A stretch of 63,396 nucleotides of DNA, counting the filler, from Olpidium bornovanus S191 (taxonomy: Eukaryota; Fungi; Olpidiomycota): assembly GCA_017911155.1 (NCBI GenBank). It is 30 parts of 30 records of this genome, joined end to end, with 100 filler letters (N's around TTAATTAATTAA, not from the genome) between each part and the next. Parts side by side here need not be neighbours in the genome. Positions count along the whole stretch, not along the records: positions 24,076 to 25,639 come from JAEFCI010011525.1; positions 25,740 to 26,986 come from JAEFCI010009640.1; positions 27,087 to 30,990 come from JAEFCI010007722.1; positions 31,091 to 32,090 come from JAEFCI010000478.1; positions 32,191 to 35,778 come from JAEFCI010005255.1; positions 35,879 to 38,269 come from JAEFCI010001481.1; 24 more parts are not named here. One strand, given 5' to 3'. Of this stretch, positions 24,726-37,176 are shown in pieces. The position numbers and the translations under genes are program-made. Under the pieces are notes generated by a model. The model was given only the letters and a program-made list of their open reading frames with translations, did not search any database and was not told the origin of the DNA. Positions within the stretch are counted from its first letter, which is position 1; the number at the start of each line of letters is the position of its first letter.

Positions 24726-25574
24726 TCAGGTGAAAGCCCATATATCACTGTAGCCGGCAGCCTCTTCCGTCAAGCCCGGTTGTGCCTCGATAGCAACTGG
24801 CGGGGTCTTTTTGGGCGGACGAGAAACGTCGGCCTCAAACATCTGAAAAGAGCGAAATCGATCTCGTGAGTAGGACGGCTCAGGGTTTACGCAGGCAGAC
24901 CCCAAGCTCTGCAAGGACGAGGCACGAAAACCGTCTCGAGCGGGCCCGTTGAGCGGCAAAAGACGCCTCGCAGCAGAAGAGAATCGAACACTCACGGTGG
25001 CATACGTGTGATCCAGGAAGTCCTCAAGGGCGTACCCGGGCTTATTAAACTTCTCCTCAAACATCTTCGCTAGACTGGACACGTTCGGCGCGTAATGCGA
25101 CCGTAGCGACACCAGCTCCCAGAGGCTGCTGTCGAGCGCGCGGCACTGGGCAGGGTTCCTCTCTTGTGGATCGTAGGGATCCGGTCCTCCCGCGTATTCC
25201 GTGCACTCCGTGTCCTCGGCGAACAGGCCGCCCTTCTGCGGCCGGTGGATCAACTTCATCAGCGTGGGGTGACGCTTCAGCAGGTTGTAGACCAAAGCCA
25301 TTATCACGACATCCGCAGCGGGGGGCGCTGCCAGCGAGAGACGCGCGAGCCGCTTCACGAACGCGGCCACAACGTATGCCGGGAGATGGCTGGTTGGTTT
25401 CGGACGTCAGCTGGAACGTAACAGGGAAAAATGGGCGACGTGATGCCTTCGCCTCAGACTCACGTAGACGTTAGGAACAGGTCGAGCATCCGGAAGAACC
25501 GCGACCGGTACTTCACGTGCATGACATCAACGTCAAGCAGCGCGTACAGCTTGGTGTAAAACTCGGGATAGTCG
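24726..25574 (-). CDS. NOC4: Nucleolar complex protein Noc4/Utp19 (CBF/Mak21 family), 5' partial
   Basis: DYPEFYTKLYALLD...KYRSRFFRMLDLFL-STHLPAYVVAAFVKRLARLSL...DPYDP...CRALDSSLWEL...HYAPNVSSLA...LEDFLDHTY. Confidence 0.92.
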
Positions 25575-26136
25575 CTGTTTACGATCGAGGGTATAAGCGA
25601 TCAGCAAATAAAGAGAAAGAGGTTCCGTAATTGAAAACANNNNNNNNNNNNNNNNNNNNNNNNNNNNNNNNNNNNNNNNNNNNTTAATTAATTAANNNNN
25701 NNNNNNNNNNNNNNNNNNNNNNNNNNNNNNNNNNNNNNNGGGAGGGGGGCGGGGGCGGGGGGGGGGGGGGGGGGGAGGGGATTAACGAAACGAGCCGGGA
25801 AGACGAAGGCAGAGCCGGGGACTGAGGCCGAATGCGCAGACGCAGAGCTCGAGGCGAGATGGGAAGCAGAGTTGACGTACTTTTCTAGGAGATTCTGTAG
25901 GGGGGACCGCCGCTTCTTTTTTTTTTTCTTTAGTGCAGGTTTCCTAGCGAATTCTTTAGGGGGAAGTAATCTTTTTGGCGCGTGACGTACTTGGATTTGG
26001 CCTGGGCCCCCACTATTGCACCCTGCGCCCGGCGACCGGCGGCCCCTGTGAGGAGTGTTGACGAGTTGCGCTTGCTTCTTTGGACGACTGGGGGTCTACG
26101 GGAAACAGGTGGTTCGGTGCTTTTTATAGAGCCCGC

Positions 26137-26148
26137 GGTCACGTGACC
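26137..26148. promoter_or_regulatory. GGTCACGTGACC palindrome (Cbf1/USF-type site)
   Basis: Perfect 12-bp palindrome about 140 bp upstream of a candidate ATG at 26286. Confidence 0.45.
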
Positions 26149-26285
26149 TTGCCCAACGAGGCGCAGGTGACAATGAGGGGAGCAGTATTTCAAAGTGTGT
26201 GGCGTTCGCCGCCGTCGTCTGCTGCAGGCCTGTTTTGCGGATGGGAAATCAGACCGAAAGGACCAGAAAGGGGCAACAAACAACG

Positions 26286-26559
26286 ATGGGCAAAATGTGC
26301 GCGCGCAGGGCGTCCGCGCCGTCGGCCTCCGCCTTTTCCCACTTTATTTCTCGCAACACAACTCACACCCCCCGCCCCCCGCCCCACCGCTACCCCCTTT
26401 CCCCCTCCCTTTTTTTCGTTGTTTCCTTGTTGTAGTTCGGAGCCGAGACTTCGAGCACCACCGTACTCTTTCCTTGCATGTCACCCGGGGCGGCGCCGTC
26501 CGTCGACCCGTCAACTTGATATGGGCCCTATTCACCCCCAGCCGACTCCTCGGCTTCGA
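26286..26559 (+). CDS. Candidate first two exons of an unidentified gene (MGKI-RSRDFEHHRTLSLHV...)
   Basis: ATG GGC AAA AT|GTGCGC...TTGTAG|T keeps the frame; next donor GTGAGC at 26560. Product not recognised. Confidence 0.3.
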
Positions 26560-27876
26560 GTGAGCCCTTCCCTGAGTAGGGCGCGTCAATTGGCATTCAG
26601 GTGATGATGCCGATCGGCCTTCGCCCCCATTATCCCCATTCCCCTGCGATCCGTGCAGCCCAGGTGGCCCATCCGGCAATCATTTGCCAGATCGCCCCGC
26701 CGTAGAGGTCCGTAACACTATCAAATTTCGCGGCGGCCCACAACCTGCAAGGCCAGAAAGCACACCCTCCCACTGGTCGAAAAAGAAAAACTCTTCTCTC
26801 GTGTACAGAGCGCCATCTTGGAATAATTTGCAGGCGAGAAGTTATTTACAGGACGATATTATACTCATGTCCTTTCCTTCCCTGCAGAGGAGGAAACCAG
26901 AGCGGGGACAATCCACCGGAACAGTGGACACGCCAGTCAGTCCCGCACAACCAGGCAAGCGAACAGACATTTTGATTAGACGCACCNNNNNNNNNNNNNN
27001 NNNNNNNNNNNNNNNNNNNNNNNNNNNNNNTTAATTAATTAANNNNNNNNNNNNNNNNNNNNNNNNNNNNNNNNNNNNNNNNNNNNCCGACTCTCCCCCC
27101 CCTTTTTTTTTTAGCTCGTGCAGTTCTTAGGAGACTGCCATATAAAATAAGCCTGACGTAGCTAGCCCGAGAACAAAACAACGAAACGTTCTCCGTACGC
27201 CTGCTCGTCTTCCTTTTGGCGCCTCCGCGCTTCCGCCCGCCTGCTGCCCCAAAAGTACAACAGGTGGGACGATGGGTGTTCCGAGTGAACACTTTGCTTG
27301 ACACAGTGACAGGTTTACCACAGTATGTGCCACAATGACATTCGGGACCCTGCCTGGAATTTCCGCGCTGCGACCACCGGACATTTCCCAAATGCACAAT
27401 TGGAAGGATTTGGCGAAATGACAATTGGTTAAATGACATCTCGCCACGCTTTCGTACGTTCCCGCTAGGAAGAAAAAGTTAGATTCAAGAAATAAGACTC
27501 CAGCTTTCTACCGCAGAACGGCCAATAGCTCTCAAAACCCACAAGCCAAGCGTTTATAATACGTTCCTACGGATTTCAAACACATACTTAGACATATACG
27601 TTGTTCCCAATTTATGTGGTGGTCCGCTGTTGAAATAAAGAACCGCCTAAACTTCCTTTCGGCTTCATCAACTTCGGCACCGTATTCCGCATTTTCCGCG
27701 TACTCGTTGGACCCCCAGCTTGCAACGTTCCCGTCGAGACGACGGGCACGATGTCTCTGAAACAAATAGCCTATGGCCGTTTATCAGCAGACCATGCAAA
27801 TATGTCCCCGCACGACAGGCAGCTCCAACGGACGACCTTGAGTGCCAGTTTATGTCCGCCGACCGACAAGGACCTG

Positions 27877-29428
27877 TTAGGACACGCTGACGAGAAAGCC
27901 AGGAAACTCAAGCGGCATGTCCACGTCAAAGTGTTCGCGCGGTTGCTTAATGGGGATCGGCAGCTCAAGGGGATGTGCGGGTAGAGGATTCATGAAGAAG
28001 TAGGGATCAAGAAGCGCCTGGGGGATGTTTCGAAGCGCAAAGCATTTTAGAGCGCGCGTTGCAATTTCGAAGCTCCTCCAGATTCGGCAACAGTGTGTAC
28101 AGGGAACATGCCGGCGCATATTCGCAGCACCTCGTCCTGGCTTACCTCTTTCGCTGATATTCTGTCGTTACTTCTGTATATGAGAAACCGCTTCAGCAAA
28201 GTGATCGCCTCAGCCGGCGCGTCCGGTACCACTTTCGCGGTAGGCACCGCTGGCAACGGGGGAAATGTAATTTTATTGTAGTCCGGCAGAGCTTCCATTT
28301 CCTAATTTCGAGCACCAACGCGCTGAGATTGAGCTTTCCGTGAAAATGCATCCCTCCAACTGTTGCCGCTCCGACGGCCCATCAAGCAATAAGTTCGCGC
28401 TTTCGTCGGATACGTCCTTGCTTCGAGAAGTGACCTACCGGCCAGCTATTTCTCGTTGGGGTTCCCAGCGTGCCCAGCACGCAATACAGCTGGTCAATGT
28501 CATTTTGCCCTGGAAAAAGCGGGGCGTGGTTTAGCAGCTCGCCGAAGATGCAGCCGACGGCCCACAGGTCGACGCCCTGGTCGTACTTCCGGGCCCCATA
28601 AAGGAGCTCCGGAGCGCGATACCATCTGGCGGGTGACATCGCGGAGCGAGCAACGAAGATGCCAACAGTCAGTTAAACTTCCGCGACGGCAGATATTCGC
28701 GACGTCCGTTTCGCGTCCTCAAGGCACACACCGCGTCGCCACCTGGTGGCTGTAGACCCTGCCCTTGTCCCACCCTTCGTTTGAATGCACCCTCGCGAGA
28801 CCAAAATCCGCAAGCTTCAAGATTCCAGAGGGGCTGATGAGGAGATTTGCGGGTTTCAAATCGCGGTGGACTATTGCCTTCTCGTGGACGTACGCCACTC
28901 CCTTGAGCAGCATGAGCATGTAAGATTTTACGTGCGAGGCGGACAGCGGTCGCTGCGCGTTGCGGAGGACTTCGGCCAGGTCCGAGAGCATGTATTCGAA
29001 AACGAGCACAAAGCCCGCCGACTGCGGGAAGAAAGCGCGGAGTTTCACAACCTGGCAGGAAACGCGGCACAGTAGTCGGCAAAACCGCGGCTTCATACGA
29101 ACACCGCCGTCTCCCTCCCCGCCCTCCTCGGGCACAACCAGTGTACGTTTTGGTGGTCGATCTCCTGCAGCGCCTTTATTTCCCGCAGTATGGTGTTTGG
29201 TATGCCGTCCTCCAGCCGCCTGAGGGGCACTTTCTTCAGCGCCACCATTTCCCCTGTCTCGATCACTTTCGCTTTGAGAACCACACCGTGCGCTCCTTCG
29301 CCGATCCGGCCTAGGACCTTGTATCTTCGTTTCGTGGCAAAGCCCGATGTGAGTTCAGTGCACCGGGGGAGGGAGGAGAGCGTAACGGAACAGAGGCGAA
29401 CGCCCACGTACTGCTCAAGGCTGTCCAT
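27877..29428 (-). CDS. CDK20: Cyclin-dependent kinase 20 (CCRK/LF2-like)
   Basis: [24 protein letters not shown]...[29 protein letters not shown]...[10 protein letters not shown]...LADFGLAR...[29 protein letters not shown]...LPDYNKITF...[14 protein letters not shown] and YSHQVATRW are CCRK-type. Confidence 0.9.
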
Positions 29429-31164
29429 TCTCCTTGACGGCCTCGGGAGCGGGGTGGCGGAGTCCGTTGTCAGAGAGTAATGACGATCTGGTACCATGCG
29501 GTCGCGAAGTGTCAGAGCGCGTGGGCGGGCGCGAGGCGCGATGGCCGCTTGCAAGGCATCGGCCCTACGGGTTTCTCGACATTCCGCGCAGTCCGCATTC
29601 GCAGAACCCGTGAAGTAACTCGCCTGTTTTCCAAGCGGCATCGGCCGCACTCTCCTCCCACGGGTTACTGGTGGTATTAGTTCCCGGTCGCAGGCCGAAA
29701 AGTATCAGGCCGCAAGGATATTCGGACGAAGCAAAGCACGCGCAGCTGAACGAAAAAGAGATCATCGATCCGTTTAAGGAGCGTGAAACGAAGAGAAAGG
29801 GGCTGAAAATGAGGAGGAGTAGGTCGTGCAGATCGCAGAGGTAGTGGCTCACAATTTTTGAGATAGACGTCATTCGAAATATCTTCCGTCCATTTCCTCC
29901 GGTTTACTTCCCTATGATAGAAGCCTCCCTCTGATAACTAATATCTCCCAAAATTTCTATAAGACATTTTTAGTTTTCGCCATAGAACGGGTACGGTGAA
30001 AGCTGAATTCATCCATAACCGGATGTCTAGTTACGGGCGGTTTAAGAGGGATGACTGTACAGAGCGAGTGGAGTGAAAAAGGGGAATGAGGGCATCGCCG
30101 CAGCCCTTGTTGTTTCCGAGTAACCAATGTCCAGTAAATGTCCCCCAGTCGAGTGTTTTTTTAGTCAGCCCCTCTCTCCTCCGCCGAAGCTACATACACA
30201 TAATCCTCAGAGTAAGTTTTGCCTCTCTGTCTGAAATCATTTTCTCTCTCTTGCTTAACACCAGCCGCGACCCGGCGGATTGCCCATCTGTTGTCCTGGT
30301 CAGCCAGCCGGTTTTGGAGATGACTAGAGACAATGTTGCGGAGGCAGGCAGGCTGGGGAAACCGCCTCTCCGTAAACACACTGGTTTGCCTTGCGTGTAC
30401 TGCAACTCGACAAATGGCCCTGAACACGTTGGTTAAAGAAGAAGACGGGGAGGGGGGGGGAAGGGGGAGGGACCTGGTGAGAGAAGATTCCCGGCGAGCA
30501 AATTATCTTCGCTGAAGACCCGGACCTGGCAAACCTACCACACAACAAACAAGAAGATTACGCTGCGACTTACCAGGGCAATGGTCTCCTTCCTTCAGTA
30601 GGGGCACGTCCCGGTCGCGGCCATCGCTTTTTTCCTTCCGTTCATTGACGGCGACAGCTTAATTGAAACCTTCCGCGCATCCTCACCATCCTAGAGTGGA
30701 TGCCTGTCGGACGTCCTTGGGGGGGGGGGGGGGGGGGGGGGCCAGGAGAAAACGGATCGCTGTTGGGGGGCGAGTCGCCAAACGGGTATGGCCAGGGCCG
30801 AGAATGTTGGTCTGGCTGCAGAGTGATGGGACCTCTGGAAGGCTGCTTCCGCGAAGAGGACGGCTCAGCCATGCTTAGAGAACGCCGCTCCGTTTTCGAC
30901 GAGGAGCGCCGGCCCCGGCCGTCCACGGAGAGCGCGCGGTTTGCGTCACCAACGAGAGCGGGGGATTTCATCATCCGCGCGGCTGCCAAGNNNNNNNNNN
31001 NNNNNNNNNNNNNNNNNNNNNNNNNNNNNNNNNNTTAATTAATTAANNNNNNNNNNNNNNNNNNNNNNNNNNNNNNNNNNNNNNNNNNNNCCAAACATAG
31101 TGGTGGCTGGGTGGCGCGGCGGGCGCGCCCTACGGTCAGCGGCCGGGCCCGCCCCCCCCAGCTT

Positions 31165-31195
<31 letters not shown>

Positions 31196-33086
31196 ACCCC
31201 CCGAATTTGACCAGACATACAGCCCGGTGATGGATGCGGTGACGTTCTGCTTCCTAATTGGCGTGGGCGGTTACGCATGGCCTTGAGATGCGCTTGATGG
31301 ACATTGTCACAACATACTTTTACGGTTTCCTCGACGTCGACCTCTACATGAATGTCCTGTCCGTACTTGAAGCTGCATGCTCCGGAACGCCTGTTCTTTC
31401 CGATCACCATGACCGACACCGTGGTGTTTAGCTTAAGCGAGCCATCTACTTGGGGGCCGGACGAAAGCGCCTTTTGACCGCGGTGTTGGGGTGGCGATTG
31501 TGGCCGCGGCCGCGGACGCATTGACGGAATTGCGCCTTTTTGCCCATCCAAAATAAACGCTTCCAAATAAACGCTTCCACCTCGGATTTGCACGGGAGAT
31601 ATATGGGGCAGCAAACAGTAACACCCATCGCCGCCAAAGCAAAAACAAACCGCTCCCGCACAATCCTAAACGTCCCCGGCTGTCAGAGGTATTGCCCAAC
31701 TGTCAACCCGACAAGGGGGGGGGGTTGGGGGGGGGGGGGTCGTCAAGGTTGGGGCCCTTGGCCGACCGGTGCAGTGAGGATGAAGCCGAGTTGATTCAAA
31801 AGTAATCGTTCAAGTCGTATGGCATGGTCGACGGGCGCATCAACGGCCGTCGTTATGAGTTGGCCCCGCCTACTACTGCCTCCCATATCTTCAGGAATAC
31901 CCTTCGACGACAAAGGCCCGGCAGCGGCGCCCTTCGAGCACGATCAAGTGGTTCCGGGCACCGCCAGCGCATGTGCCGTTGTTTGGGGGCGGGGGGGATT
32001 CGACGTTCGGCAAAGAGTGCATAACAAACGGAGCGTGCGGCTAATCGGACACAGAGACGGAACGTTACCCGCAGTGGGGGGCGGCACGACNNNNNNNNNN
32101 NNNNNNNNNNNNNNNNNNNNNNNNNNNNNNNNNNTTAATTAATTAANNNNNNNNNNNNNNNNNNNNNNNNNNNNNNNNNNNNNNNNNNNNCATGGAGCCC
32201 TTTTTGGTTCGTCAGGAATACTGGCGCAGCAGTTTGTCGAGCTTAGCGCAAGCTGTAATAATTGCAAATATCTGAGGACAAAATTAGCAGCAGAAACAAT
32301 TGTATTGTGTGGTCTTAGCTATGTAAAGTTTGAGAGAAGTCACGCCGCCAGTCCCGTCGTGTTTTAGGACTTCATTAAGCAGGGGTTTGACCATACTGTC
32401 GGCAGACTTCGAATAATCAGTAGTACAGCGAGACAATGCGGAGTCATTGCAAAGAGGAATCAACGTCAGGGTCCTTTGCGTGTGGTCCCAGTGACCTAGG
32501 CATTGTGAACGTAGACTAGGCCCCCTCTGTATTCGTCAGCGTCCTTTTCCTCGTCTTTGCAATTGTCGCTCGGGTTTTTCCCGACGATAGAAAGCGTCGA
32601 AAAGATGATTGTACAATTCTGCCTGTTGTTGGAACCTGGTTGCCGTCTCTTGTTCGCGTTTAAACTCGCGCTCATGCAAAAGAGACGGCGGTTGGGTTGA
32701 TTGCTCCAACGCCATGGTTGTGGCGACGGTAAGTGAGAGGTTTTCTGTAATAACTGAAACCGTGGGAGTACCACCATCCAACGAGGTTGACGGGAGAGTG
32801 TCGACCTCAGACCGCAGAGGGCTGCGGGCCATGGCGGCGCTCACGAGGCCCGGAAGAGGCGCATTCGGCATCGGCGTCCGTAGCAGGCGTGGGGGCATTC
32901 TGGGGAAAGCGCGCAGAAGCGGTGCGAGAAAAGGGACTTTGCCGGAAGAAGCGAGGAAGAAGGAAAAGAAGAGAGCGCGTGGAAGCAGTGAGAAATGTCG
33001 AAACAATTTTTTTTTCTTTGGTTATGAAGAAGGGCGGCGCCGGTTGATTTTCGCCTTGGTTTTGCGCTTTGTAAGGGTCGAACTCG

Positions 33087-33250
33087 TCAATCTTCACGTC
33101 GTACCGTTTGACGACCTTGCCTGTAGTCAGGTCTTCCGAGTCTAGAGGCTTTGAGTATCCAACAAAAATCGGTTTCTCTCCCGTAGGTGCATATTTCCCG
33201 ATGCTGTTTCCCCGATCCTTCCTCAGGAGCCACACGTACGCCGTGTTCCC
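33087..33250 (-). mobile_element. Ty1/Copia relic (post-integrase SH3-like segment)
   Basis: AYVWLLRKDR...KYAPTGEKPIFVGYS...TTGKVVKRYDVKIDE resembles Copia AYVHIP..KR.KLDP....IFVGYS...V..SRDV.FDE. Confidence 0.6.
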
Positions 33251-33379
33251 GGCGGCAGGAATAGCGGGTGCAGAACGGGATGGCAGCATGGTTGGGGCCA
33301 GTGGACCTGCGATGCCAAGTGGTCCTTCGTCGGTGGGGAGGTGGAAAGTGGGAAGGTCCTCTCACCCGACAGAGACAAT

Positions 33380-33389
33380 GTCACGTGAC
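33380..33389. promoter_or_regulatory. GTCACGTGAC site in the TUF1 promoter
   Basis: Perfect 10-bp palindrome about 105 bp upstream of the EF-Tu ATG. Confidence 0.5.
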
Positions 33390-33494
33390 CCGCTTCAAAA
33401 AAAGTTCAGCGGGGATCCCAAACGTAACAAAAAAATAAATAGCGAAAGTAAAAAACCAACAACCAAAAAAAAAAATCACGAAAAGCGGGCCAAC

Positions 33495-35663
33495 ATGGCC
33501 GCCCCGCGCTCTCTCCTGTCCTTGGCGAACTGCGTCGCACCCGCCGCAGGTGCCACCTCCGTGGCCACGACCACTCGCCTGCTTACTCCCTCCGCGCCTG
33601 CGGCCGCTGTGCTTGCGCCCCGGGGGGCGCGTTGCTTTTGTGGTGAGTGTGTCGGGAAGAGACGTTCCGTCTGCGCGGTGCAAACTTTTTGTTTGGGGGA
33701 GGGAGAAGGGAGAAAGCAAGGAACGGTTGCCCTTGATCCTCTGCTTTATTTTGCGTATGCCTGTGAGCGGTGTGTGTTAAAGACATGGTCTGCTGTATGG
33801 GAGATGTAACGAGAAGGGGAAGTAAAGGTGACCATTTTGCATGACGAAAGCTGCTGACACCGCGTATTTTTCCGCTGCTCCGTGTCAGGAAACAACGCTG
33901 CGCTCCCGCTTCCCGCGGTCCGTGTCGCAGTGAGTAGTTGTCTAACCTGCAGACTGCTCCTAGCGCGCGACATTCCTTTTCGGGTGCGTTCCTTGACCAA
34001 TTGCGTTACGAATTCTCTTGAAGCCGGGAGTAGCGCGCTCCTTTTTGCGGAACAACGGACCTCGTTGTACGCGTTCGGTCCTTTCCAGGAAGCCACTTTA
34101 CTCTAACGGCGGTAAGTTTTACGTAGTATTTCATGGTGCTTTCTGCGGCTGTACGTGACGATGGTTTGATGTTTTGGTTTGGTTGTAAGTCGCACGTGGT
34201 TATGCCACGGAGAAATTCGTTCGGGAGAAGCCGCATGTCAACGTCGGGACGATCGGTCACGTCGACCACGGCAAGACTACCTTGACCGCGGCCATCACGA
34301 AAGTGCTTGCCGAGCAGGGTAACGCTAAGTTCAGGGACTACTCGTCCATCGACAAGGCACCAGAGGAGAAAAAACGTGGTATTACCATCACCGCCTGTAA
34401 CGTAGAGTACCAGACGGCCGCCCGACACTACTCGCACGTCGACTGCCCCGGGCATGCGGACTATGTGAAAAACATGATTACTGGTGCTGCCTTGGTCCGT
34501 GAAAGTGACTATTCTATATTTGAACAGTTGTGAGTATCGGCGTGAGGTTCTAACAACAACCACCTTGGCTTGCGTGGTTGTCGCAGATGGACGGTGCTAT
34601 CATCGTCGTCGCAGCTACTGACGGCCAGATGCCCCAAACGCGTGAGCACTTGCTGCTTGCCAACCAGGTCGGCATAAAGAACATCGTCGTGTTCATCAAC
34701 AAAGTGGACGCCATTGACGACCCGGAGATGTTGGAACTCGTGGAGATGGAGATGCGGGAGCTTCTGACGCACTACGGTTTTGACGGGGACAACACACCGT
34801 TTGTTAGTGGGTCAGCTCTCTGTGCGCTGCAGGACCGCGACCCGAAGATCGGCAGGGACAAGATTTTGGAATTGCTAGACACTGTGGACAAGCACATCCC
34901 TACCCCCGTCCGCGACATGGAAAAGCCTTTCCTCATGTCGATTGAAGGTGGGCGCGGACTGGTCACCCCCGTTGATTGGTTGATTCCTTCGATTTCACCA
35001 AGTTGACTCCCTGTCCACCCACGCGCAGAGGTCTTTTCGATCGCGGGACGTGGTACCGTGGTTTCCGGTCGTGTCAACCGTGGCGTTATCACGAAGAACC
35101 AGGAAATCGAGATTCTCGGCTTAGGCGCCAATTACAAGACGGCGGTAACTGGCCTCGAGATGTTCCACAGGGAACTTGATCAGGGCCAGGCTGGTGATAA
35201 CATGGGTGCTCTGCTTCGGGGCATCAAGCGGGAGCAGCTCCGCCGGGGCATGGTTCTAGCGGCTCCGGGTTCAATGAAAACAACGAAGAAGTTCCAGGCG
35301 CAGGTCTACATCCTCACCAAAGATGAGGGCGGCCGCCATACCCCGTTCACCAACAACTACCGGCCGCAGATGTTTTTGCGCACTGCTGACGTAGCCTGTT
35401 CTCTTACAATTCCGGAAGACGTTCCGGACCGCAAGGACAAGTTGGTCATGCCCGGTGACACCATCGCGCTCGATTGCGAGCTCAACCACGATTTGCCGGT
35501 CGAGCCCGGTTTGCGGTTCACTTTCCGTGAGTGCGGGAAGACCATTGGGACAGGTGAGATCTGCCGGTGCGTTACGTACACTCGATGTACGCATAGCTTG
35601 CTGACGACCTCTTTTTTATAAGGCGTAATCACGAAGCTCTACGACGATGTAAAGAAGGCATGA
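33495..35663 (+). CDS. TUF1: Mitochondrial elongation factor Tu, multi-exon
   Basis: Presequence, then [74 protein letters not shown]; ends [13 protein letters not shown] at 35663. Confidence 0.97.
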
Positions 35664-36342
35664 TATTCCGTATCGGAAGTCGTCCATAAAAATCACCTGA
35701 CCTTTTCTCATCGACGGTTTTTGCATAATGGAAAACCTCACCCATATTGCCATTTGGAGATTCTTTGTGTCTATCGTCNNNNNNNNNNNNNNNNNNNNNN
35801 NNNNNNNNNNNNNNNNNNNNNNTTAATTAATTAANNNNNNNNNNNNNNNNNNNNNNNNNNNNNNNNNNNNNNNNNNNNCAAGGGGGGGTTAGGGGGGGTT
35901 AGGGGGGGTTAGGGGGTAAGGGGGCGGAGGGAGGAAGGAAGGAGAAGGAAGAGGCTCCCCGGAGGGGAAGAGGGGAAAGGGAAGGTTTTCGGCTGCGGAC
36001 GCTTGTCCGGTTCGTTCCGTTGGTTCGTTCGTTCGTTTCGTTTCGTTTTCGCTGCGTTTTCGTTCTCTTTCCTCTCCGGCGAGAGAGAGGGAGGAGAAAC
36101 AACGGGGCAGGCGGTTTGCAGCCGGAGCGGGAGAGAGAGAGAGAGGAGAGGGGGGGCGGGGGGGGGGGGGGAAAAGGGGGGGGGGGGGGGAGGGGGGGGG
36201 GGGGGGGGCGGCGGGGGGGGGGGGGGGGGCGGGAAGGAGGAAAAAGGAGGTTAGGGGTTCAAGCGCCCCCTTTTTCTTCCTTTCCGACCTTTTTCTTGCG
36301 CGCCTCCCCTTTCCCTTCCTCCCCAACCCAACCCAGCCGGGG

Positions 36343-36376
<34 letters not shown>

Positions 36377-36731
36377 CGGAAGGGGGGGAATGGGGGGAAG
36401 GGGGCAGAGCTGCAGGAGGCGGGCCCCCAGGAGGGGAGGGGGAAAAGGGGGAGGGCGGCGGCGGCGGCGGGGGCGCGGAGGAGAGAAACGCCCGCCGCAC
36501 GTCCGGTTCGAGAAAGAGCTTTCTCTCCTCCTCTGACCGAAACGGCTTCGGGCGGGTGTCTCAGGGGCTCTCGTGCCGAGGCGCGCACCTCAGGAAATCC
36601 CCCCCCACCCACCCTCGACCCGTGACCTCGCTTCCCCGGCCACGCTGCGCGGCTCCTTTTTTTCTTTTTACTTTTCTTTTTCTTTTTCTTTTTCTTTTTC
36701 TTTTTCTTTTTCTTTTTCTTTTTCTTTGTTT

Positions 36732-36766
<35 letters not shown>

Positions 36767-36793
36767 CCCAAAAAAAAATTCGGGGGGGGGGGG

Positions 36794-36843
<50 letters not shown>

Positions 36844-37176
36844 GCTTCTTCCCCCTCAAAAGCAACTCTCTCGGCGCTCGGGAAGGAGAAAAGGGAGAGG
36901 CGCTCGCCAATAGGCCAAAAAAAAAACCAAAAAAACACATTCTACAGGCTTTCTCGACACCCCAACCCTTTCCGGCTCGGCCCCCGTCGCAGCTAGAAAG
37001 AGGAATATTTGCTCTCGGCGCACCCCCCCCCCTCTTCCCTCCCTCCTCCATCCCTCGGGGCGCGCCCTCCCCGATTCTCATAAACTTCGCAAAAGAAAAG
37101 AAGGAAAAAAAAAAAATCAATTCGCGAAGCGGCGGGCGGGGAATTATACCGAATAAAAAACATTAAAAAGAAGGAA

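Noticed and set aside
27532-27765. WGSNE...AERKFRRF resembling an MCM N-terminus
   Set aside because: Too short and ambiguous, with no further MCM motifs.
32807-33289. The 160-aa ORF as a cellular gene divergent from TUF1
   Set aside because: Its only recognisable part matches the Copia SH3-like segment, so it is treated as a TE relic.
35881-35920. (GGGGGGGTTA)x3 telomere-like repeat at a contig start
   Set aside because: The G-rich strand faces inward, the unit is not TTAGGG, and it lies in homopolymer-rich sequence, so it cannot be called a chromosome end.
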